Shown piece after piece: positions 56,101 to 64,000 of a stretch of DNA of 64,000 nt (positions are counted from its first letter, which is position 1; the number at the start of each line of letters is the position of its first letter). Below the pieces are notes generated by a model. That model did no database searches. It worked only from the letters and a program-made list of their open reading frames with translations, and had not been told where the DNA came from. The stretch lies in the NCBI RefSeq assembly GCF_026571515.1, contig NW_026852123.1, positions 310,001 to 374,000 on the forward strand, given 5' to 3'. A program made the translations under genes and the position numbers. This DNA comes from Ruditapes philippinarum. Lineage: Eukaryota.

Positions 56101-57318
56101 TTTTTCGATTTCTGAAATAAAATCCTTAAGATTTGTCCAAAAACAAGCTACTTAAAAGTCCAACCGATCACCAATGAGTTATTTCAAAAACTGACTTTAT
56201 TCCGTTGATATTGAAAAATATCTCAAGACAAGATTGTTCAAACATTTCTTATCAGTAAGTTTTATATACTGGCATTCGCAATTTTCAATCAAGTATATTT
56301 CCTACATACCAAATACCCCCCCCCCACCGTCTTACTCTTATCACCCCGTTTTAAGTGGGTAAGTGGATTGGTACGTACACATCAAACTATCTCACTTTAA
56401 TAAAAATTGTGATAAATTTGGTCTAAAATTTACGATTTTATTAGATGGGTACTATTTATTGGTTTGACATCATATTTTTTTGTTTAAAAATGTTTAACGT
56501 ATCTTTAAATTGTCACAATTTGATTGGATTGATGAAATATATGTGCTTAGAGTAATATAAGAACATTATTTCGTTTATTAATATTTCACTATGGGTTGCC
56601 CTTACTCAAAAACATTCCAACATCTCTTTATTTCTTAACAATACTCGTCTGCCAATAAACTAATTTATAAAAAAAACTAGTCACTAGTTGTCATTTTTAT
56701 ATGAAATTGTTTATTGTCTATCCATGGCTACAAAAGCTTCAAACAAATAAATCAGTCAATGTTGTTTAAAAATAACGAACATGTTTCTATTATTTTTAAA
56801 ATTTAAACCTATGTAAAGAATTTTAAATATTAAAATCTGTATTATACCATTACAATCATTTTCATATGATAGGTTTAAATATCTTATAATAACAATATTC
56901 AAAAATGAAAACATTGACAGCGAAACCTTTTATTAATACAAACATTAGTGCCATCGATCCATTAGTATTTCTATTCATTAAGCCAACTTGTACAAGTGTC
57001 AACAGAAGTTGCAACCAAATTGTTTGGACAGCGTTTAAGCCTCACTATATTTTCATAAGCGGCTGGTAATTGAGCAGCTATGAACTTTAAACATAATTGT
57101 AGTATTTGAACATATTTACATACTCCTTTTTGTTTGCTTTCTCACTTAAACGCTTGTTTGAGCAATACGGTTTCTTGCTGTAGCCATTGTTACCGTAGAA
57201 ACGGTATACGGGTATATAACTGGCGGTGTGTAGGGGCTTGCTACCAGAGCTTTGACAGCCCAGTCCGGCAACTCACGTGAATATTTAGCAAAGTCTGTGA
57301 TAGATTTAAAAAGTCAAA

Positions 57319-58959
57319 ATGGCTGATTCTCTCGATCTCATTAACCGTGATCCAAACAACATCAACAATCATTTGCAAGTAAGTATTTTACAAGGTTTTT
57401 TTTTTAATAAAATAACATTTCATAAGAATTTATCAAATTGAAAACAAAATGTATATTTTTGCTTTTAATGTTTAAGAAAAAATACATTATCTATAAGAAC
57501 GTTTTTCTTATATTTTTTGCGGATAACATATTTGGCTACTTTATAAAAACTACATAATAAGAAAATGATTTTATTTCTTAATTTTAGTTTTATTACAAAT
57601 GTGGAAATCCTTAAGTTATTAAGCACAAATTTATGCTGAAACATCTGTAAAGAAAACATTTTTTGCAACAATATTTCAAGTCTAGATTTTATACGATATG
57701 AAATACATATTGATAAAAGCATGATTTACTAACATTTGTATATGTTGCCTAACATTAAAAGTAGCTTAGAACCTTTTTACGACTCATACTATTATTTTAT
57801 TTATTATTATCATTATTATTAATTTATTTACTATTATTTTAAAATCTATAAAGAAAATTTATTTTGATTATAACATGTTAAAATGTACTCTTTCTAGCAA
57901 GAACCTATATATCTCTAATGCTATATAATTTAATACTTTATCATAAAGAAAAAAGAAATATAGACTAGTATTTATTTTGAGTATTGACTAACAATAATGC
58001 TGCCTAACATAGCTTTTTTTCGTCATTTTCTTCACGAATTTAATTTTGATCATTCTCATTGAAAGAATCATAGAAATATTTGAATTACAATCATAAAATC
58101 TTAACAATTTTCGATCTTTAAAAAACACAGCAAATACAAATGGATTTAAGTGAACACAAAAATGGATATTCGACGGATTTTAAACCATTCGTAGGATTTT
58201 AATTTTCACTTCGAAAATGGATTTATAACTGTGTTTTAATTCTTTGTATGGTTTTCGGTCTCACTTTTAGTTTATCATTTCACAGTTATAATAATTTAAT
58301 TTCGAAAGGACATTAGATTTAACAACATTATAGCAAACCAAGTTAAGCTCCTGGAAAGTATTCCTTCTCTAGAAAATTTTCAAAGGTAAGATACCATTTG
58401 ATCTTTATCCGTGGTCTGAACAAGCATGTGGTAAATATCTATTAATTGGATGAATTTTAAAAGTGTTAAGCTTTCAAAACTTCTAACATCGTAAAGGATT
58501 TGTTTTACGACTATCATCCTAACACAAATTCTCATAGGAAAAGCCTAGATGTAGATAGATAGTTTGGCCAATAGAATAGTTGTTAAAATGAAGTGTTCTT
58601 TTTAAATCATCATATTTGTAATACGCATTTTGCAGTGCAATTTTGAAGATGTATTTGCCGAGCCCGAAGGTACCCACAGTATTGACTGCGTTTGGAAACT
58701 CTCCTACACTTGCTTTAACTTATGGAAAGGCATCTGTTATAAGATTGCTACAATCCTCTGTGGAATATGCATTGCGGCTGAATGGGGTTGTGACTTTGCT
58801 CTAGTTTCTTTCTACCACATCTGGTGCTTCACACCCATCTTCAAGATGTTGGATATCAACTGCGGATGTGCCAAGAAGTTCTACATCCAGTGTGTTAGCT
58901 GTTGCATCGAGCCTTGCTGTATGGCATGCGGTCAGCTCTTCCACAATTTTAAGAAATAA
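57319..58959 (+). CDS. CAV: Caveolin, Cys-rich short-C-terminus type, 127 aa; exons 57319-57378, 58636-58959
   Basis: MADSLDLINRDPNNINNHLQ|gtaagt..tttgcag|CNFEDVFAEPEGTHSIDCVW...LFHNFKK*. Confidence 0.93.
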
Positions 58960-59324
58960 CTTTATACAAATTGTGACAGACTTTGTTAACATTGCCGAAA
59001 TTTTCGTTCTAACTTCCTATTCATGTACTATATTTCGTACACATTTCGTCATAGGGATATGAAATTCGTCGATATATATTGGACTTAAGATACATGCAAT
59101 AACACCAACAATGCATGCATGATGGATTTATTTTTTTAAAGATGGACTAAAACACCGTGGATAAGGCACAACCTTTTGTTTGAAATGAAGACTTTAAATG
59201 TCTGAATCATCAAAGGGTAAATTTCTGTGATATGAGAAAATGAATTAATATAGTTTATTTATTAAATCAAATTTGTTTAATTGTTTGTTTTGCTTCATAA
59301 TTCTGCTTCCAGATATATTGCATT

Positions 59325-59480
59325 TTTGTACCGCTTATAGGTATTTGCTTCATTATTTCGCTTATAGGTGCATGGATTCATTATTTCGCTTATTAGAAAA
59401 TGGATTAAGCACTCGCATTTATGAAAATGATTATTTTATCATGCTTGTAAGTACACTGCTTCAGTATTTCGCTTATAGGT
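59325..59480. repeat. Short degenerate tandem repeat (ttcattatttcgcttataggt)
   Basis: About four degenerate copies. Confidence 0.6.
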
Positions 59481-60716
59481 AAAGAAAATATTTCATAATA
59501 CTGAAATCACGATGAACCATCATCCAGTCTTGTTGGAAAAGCAGAAGGTCATCTTTTTGCAATAACTTTTCCCTTTTTGGCTGTTCATATATTCATTTGC
59601 GTTTAATATAGCCAATTACACTTATTCTTTGAAAAGGCTCTTTGATGCTATTGTCTGACTTGTGTAATAGGCAAAGGATATATTACATTTAAATGCTATA
59701 AAATCATTGATAAATTAAGAATTCATGTGTTATAAAATCATTGGTGAATTAAGAATACAATACAAATTGTAATCAGTCATATTATTCGCCGTTTTTTTAT
59801 GCATTCTGTATAATGTAATAATTTATTACACTATTTCTAAAACAACGGTGTACTAGTAATAAAAAATATTATCCCTAAAAATAACAGTAGATAAAAAATT
59901 TAAATAGCGCTTTACGAAGTTACTTATAAAGCCATTTTTGCATTGGTCTGAAATATCTTAATTCTCAAAATGAAGAAATCTCTTCAGTTCAAATACATAT
60001 TGATGTATCGAAGAATATTCATATGCAGAGACAACTTGTAAATAAGTAACTTCTTGGTTGAATACATTAAATCATATGAAGTAACTGAATTAATTTATAG
60101 TTTATCATTTTCACTCAAATGAACAAATTATACATTAAGCCGAGGATTGTTAGGAAATTATATAGATACACTATTTAGCAAGCAGCCAGTACAAAATGTT
60201 ATCATTCAACATGTCATGCAATTTAAAAAATACTGAAATTGACAAGGAGAAAAAAGGAGAAGACAATGTGTGAGTATGAAAATTTTATTTGTTCATAGTA
60301 TTAACACAATTGTAAGTGATACCAGCACAGCTACTCAAATACTTACAAAAACTTATAGCTTGAGTTTGAATGCTTTTATTTCGCTTTTTATATATCATCG
60401 CATATAGCTGTTTATGTAATATTTCTTTTATTGCTTGAATGTCCATGTGATTTTTGCTTTTTTATGTTGCGTTTCGCTTTTAGCCATACTGCTTTCATAC
60501 TTTGATATATAGCTTTTTACGTATAAACTGTTATGGTTTTGCTTTCCAAATATTTCTAACAGTGGATACAGAATACTGTTTGAATAAACGGTGATAACAA
60601 GTTAAGTTGCTTAAATCATTCGCTTCTGCAGAAAATTGCTATATACATGTATATATTTAATTGAGTCTGTAAAATGATGTTGATGCGTTATCAATTGTTC
60701 ACTTTTTTATCTACAG

Positions 60717-61040
60717 TGCTGCTTTGAAGATGTCCTGGCTGAACCTGAAGGTACCCACAGTATTGACTGTGTGTGGAAACTCTCCTACAGTTGCTTCAAC
60801 ATGTGGAAAAGCTGCTGTTATAAGCTGTCAACAATACTCTGTGGCATATGCATTGCGGCTGAATGGGGATGTGACTTTGCGGCTGCTTCCTTCTACCACA
60901 TCTGGTGCTTCACACCAATGTTTAAGATGTTGGACATCAACTGTGGATGCATGAAAAAGATGTACACTCAATGTGTCGCCTGTTGCATCGAGCCTTGCTG
61001 TATTGCATGTGGTCAACTCTTCCATCACTTTAAGAAATAA
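60717..61040 (+). CDS. CAV: Intact caveolin core exon lacking its own NRDP first exon; candidate alternative last exon of the 57319 gene
   Basis: ttttttatctacag|CCFEDVLAEPEGTHSIDCVWKLSYSCF...LFHHFKK*; 324 nt, same length and phase as 58636-58959. Confidence 0.85.
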   Translation, partial: CCFEDVLAEPEGTHSIDCVWKLSYSCFNMWKSCCYKLSTILCGICIAAEWGCDFAAASFYHIWCFTPMFKMLDINCGCMKKMYTQCVACCIEPCCIACGQLFHHFKK

Positions 61041-61504
61041 AGAAAACTGTGTTAGAATAATAACGACTAACTGTGATAAAATATATATCATTAAACTGTT
61101 CGGATAATAAAATCAAAAATGAAAACATAAAAACGAAATAAAAATAACAGTATGAAGAACAGTCGAATGTTTTATATAAAATGTGATATACAATATGAAA
61201 CGGTTTTAGATATTAAATATATTTATAAACATGCATGTTGTAGGGTTTAAATGTTTCTGTTGAATGTTCAGTCATAACGGGTTTTATCATTTTAATTGCA
61301 CGGTAGTAAATTCTATAATATGCTCAAATAAATTTGTTTCTTTTATATGTAGCTTTGTTTGGTTGTTAATTTGTTTATTTGTTTGTTTTTGTTTGTATAT
61401 GAAAACTATAGTATATACAGTCTCAGTCTCAATCACATTAAATGAAATAATGTAAACTCTACTTGTTGATTTTAAATAAATACTGGACCCTTACAAGATT
61501 CAAA

Positions 61505-61742
61505 CCGATATCGTTATGGTCATACGATGTCTTTTTAGCTTAACTTGTGGAGAAAGACCTCGGGTGCCCGTCCCATATTTACTTCAGACATGACTGGGCA
61601 CCTAAGTAGAACCACCATGGTTCCGTATGCTGGCTGAATACCTTCCTTATATGGAAGAATCTAAAGTCCCTGGCGTCATTTGTACCCAAGCGTTGAGGGG
61701 GCAAGTGATTTCAACTCAACAACATTAACCACTAGGCCACGT
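61505..61742 (-). mobile_element. tRNA-derived SINE (same family as 34112), degenerate
   Basis: gcacctaagtagaaccacc...aagaatctaaagtccctg...ggggcaagtgatttcaactcaacaacattaaccactaggccacg is the reverse complement of the 34112 element; family tail fragments also at ~54510-54560 and ~63170-63225. Confidence 0.7.
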
Positions 61743-64000
61743 ACACCTTTCAAAAGTAATGATCACAAGTAATCAAATACCGATTTGATTTAATTTAGTC
61801 TGATAGTTAAGGTGAAGGTCATGAATTTTCGGCAATTGTAGATAATTTCCTTGCCTATCATAAACAAACATCATGACTGACTGGAGCGACAAGAAACATT
61901 ACCCACATAGCGCTTTTTAAATATAAGGAAAAAAGGTCGTGACTCAAATAGGACTCGAACCGATTATCCCTGGATTGGGAGATTATTTAAATCATTATAG
62001 AATAAGCATTTGCTTGTCTAAACATAAGTGTCGCTGTTTTTATTAATTGTATAGACAAACAGTTTCATATGAAAGAAATATTCAGTAGTTATTTTAATGG
62101 TTTACATTTGATTTCACTTAATCGGCAATTTTACAAATATTATTCTTTCAATGTAAGAACTGTGGTATGATTTTCAATCAAGATACAAATAAACATTTGA
62201 ATTATTACAGAAAATCCACTATAGCTGTATAATCTCGTTAATAGCTGTTTATCCAATGTTAAATACTTGTTTGTATAAGAACAAAATAAAACCATTTCAG
62301 CGACTTCAAAATCTTTATCATTTGGTGTTAGAAGATAATTAGATAGGTAAATAGATTTAGCGACTCACTCCTTTCTAAGAGTATAGATCAATTATTTTCA
62401 TACATTTAGAAATATAATTATATCATTAAATTCAAGACAATGAAGAGTTAGCATGAATTAGAGAGTGTTAAGGAACTATATGAAGCAACAAGTGCAATTC
62501 CTCGCTTTAACGGTACAGACGTTGCATGTAACATAAATCATGATTGACAATAAAATCCTTTTTACGGAGATTCTCACTGTACTTATTATTTGGCCTGTAC
62601 AGAAGTAATATCAAATCCTTGCGAATGTGAAGGCACTAGTACTAGTAAAATGCTTGCCAGTCGGCTCTGGAACGATGCGCTGGCTGAACTGTGCTCTGGT
62701 AGGTAAGGAATTGGCTTACGGCCGTTATTCGGAAGTTTAACCACAAAAAACACCACTACTGCTTGCTTTAACAAAGTTTATTTTAAAGCGTATCAATTTA
62801 TTGGTACACAGCAGGTAGAGGTGGATAACTTGTTGTGGATTTTAGTCAATATTAAATCTGTCATTTATAATTAAAAGTTGCAAAATTTATCGCATTTGAT
62901 GTTTTTATTTAATTATACGGCTAAGATATATCGGCTCAGAGCCGTATTTCCTGACAATTTAGTAATGATCCCTTTAAAATTCCTTGAAAAAGTATATAAC
63001 GATGAATAAACATTTAGATTAAAGATGAATACATGTCTTTTATAAACATTTGTTTGATTGCCCACTAATACTGATATTGATATTAAAGAATTACGTCTTC
63101 TAAATCTTGAATTACGAAAGTCTGACCATGATTTTTAATACTGTGAATTATGTCTATTTATTTTAAACGTCGCCATATGACCTAAACTGTGTCTGTGCGA
63201 CGTAAAATCCCAATCAAACAATCAAATAATTTTATGATCCAAAGTAGAGGTAAGTATTGTGATAATATACAAACATCTAACAAACAATCCAAGATTTTTT
63301 TTGTTCTTACAAAGGCCTACTTCGTATATTAAAAGGATTTTGTATGCATTCTAAGTTACAATTACTGTGTTCGTTAGAAGAGAATAAAAAGTGCAATATC
63401 TTTAACAAGCATCTGCAATGAAATATGAAATCTCATATCCTACCTAAAAATACTTATTTAGAATTACGATGAAACAAAAATATATTTGTTAGTCTTGTTA
63501 GTCCGTATCACTTTTAAAACTCAACCTTAAACAAGTAAACAACTTTAAAGGGGTTCAACTGAGATTTTTTCTGACATGACGGGACTGGATTGTGATCTAA
63601 AGATAAATGCTCCATTTGATGTAAGTCTTGACCAATAACTTGTGTCATATCATTTGCTCACTCCGTTTTTTTCCAGAATAAATATTTTAATCACTAAAAA
63701 TGACCCAAAACTGAAAAGCGTTGCAACACTTTTCACTTAAATCGTGCTAAGAATACATAGAAATATCATTTTCAATTTATTTCAAAGTATATTTCTTAAT
63801 TATACTTTTGCATATATGTCTGCTTTAATTGCAGCAGGTGATCTTTGTAAGAAATTAAAAGGCTTGACCTCAGTGGAGTTACTCTTTAATAATATATATT
63901 TAGCATACCAAAATATAGAGAAGATGAGCTGTATGTGTTGCATCCCTTGTCGTACATTATGAACAGTACAAGTTTCAGATATGCATATTTATATTCATGA

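Noticed and set aside
60211-60267. Possible private first exon MSCNLKNTEIDKEKKGEDN for the 60717 exon
   Set aside because: It has no NRDP homology, the in-phase donor (GTGTGA) is weak and the stronger GTGAGT is out of phase; kept only as an alternative hypothesis.
85-63962. Remaining short F/I/L-rich ORFs in the track
   Set aside because: Typical random ORFs of AT-rich non-coding DNA, with no motifs or splice support.

Overview
AT-rich eukaryotic genomic DNA with GT-AG introns, tRNA-derived SINEs, palindromic MITE-like repeats and one 136-nt assembly gap. It is an invertebrate animal, and the repeats are suggestive of a bivalve mollusc (inference). Every coding sequence I can support belongs to one family: a dense tandem/inverted array of caveolin genes. 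I count 18 copies of the caveolin core exon (FEDV(I/L)AEP-type signature) and 13 copies of the first exon (DLxNRDPNxxNxHxK), always joined by a phase-0 intron. They make up 12 intact two-exon genes, one frameshifted gene, one clear pseudo-exon, three intact 'orphan' core exons with no recognisable first exon of their own, and one copy cut by the window start. Eleven of the intact genes are minimal (127-134 aa), very cysteine-rich caveolins with acidic residues in the intramembrane segment. One is a canonical-looking caveolin with a long Ser/Pro/Lys-rich N-terminus (289 aa). The four right-hand copies have a shortened C-terminus. The array shows birth-and-death evolution, apparent gene conversion and a possible shared-first-exon / alternative-last-exon architecture. 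All coordinates and alignments were read by eye.
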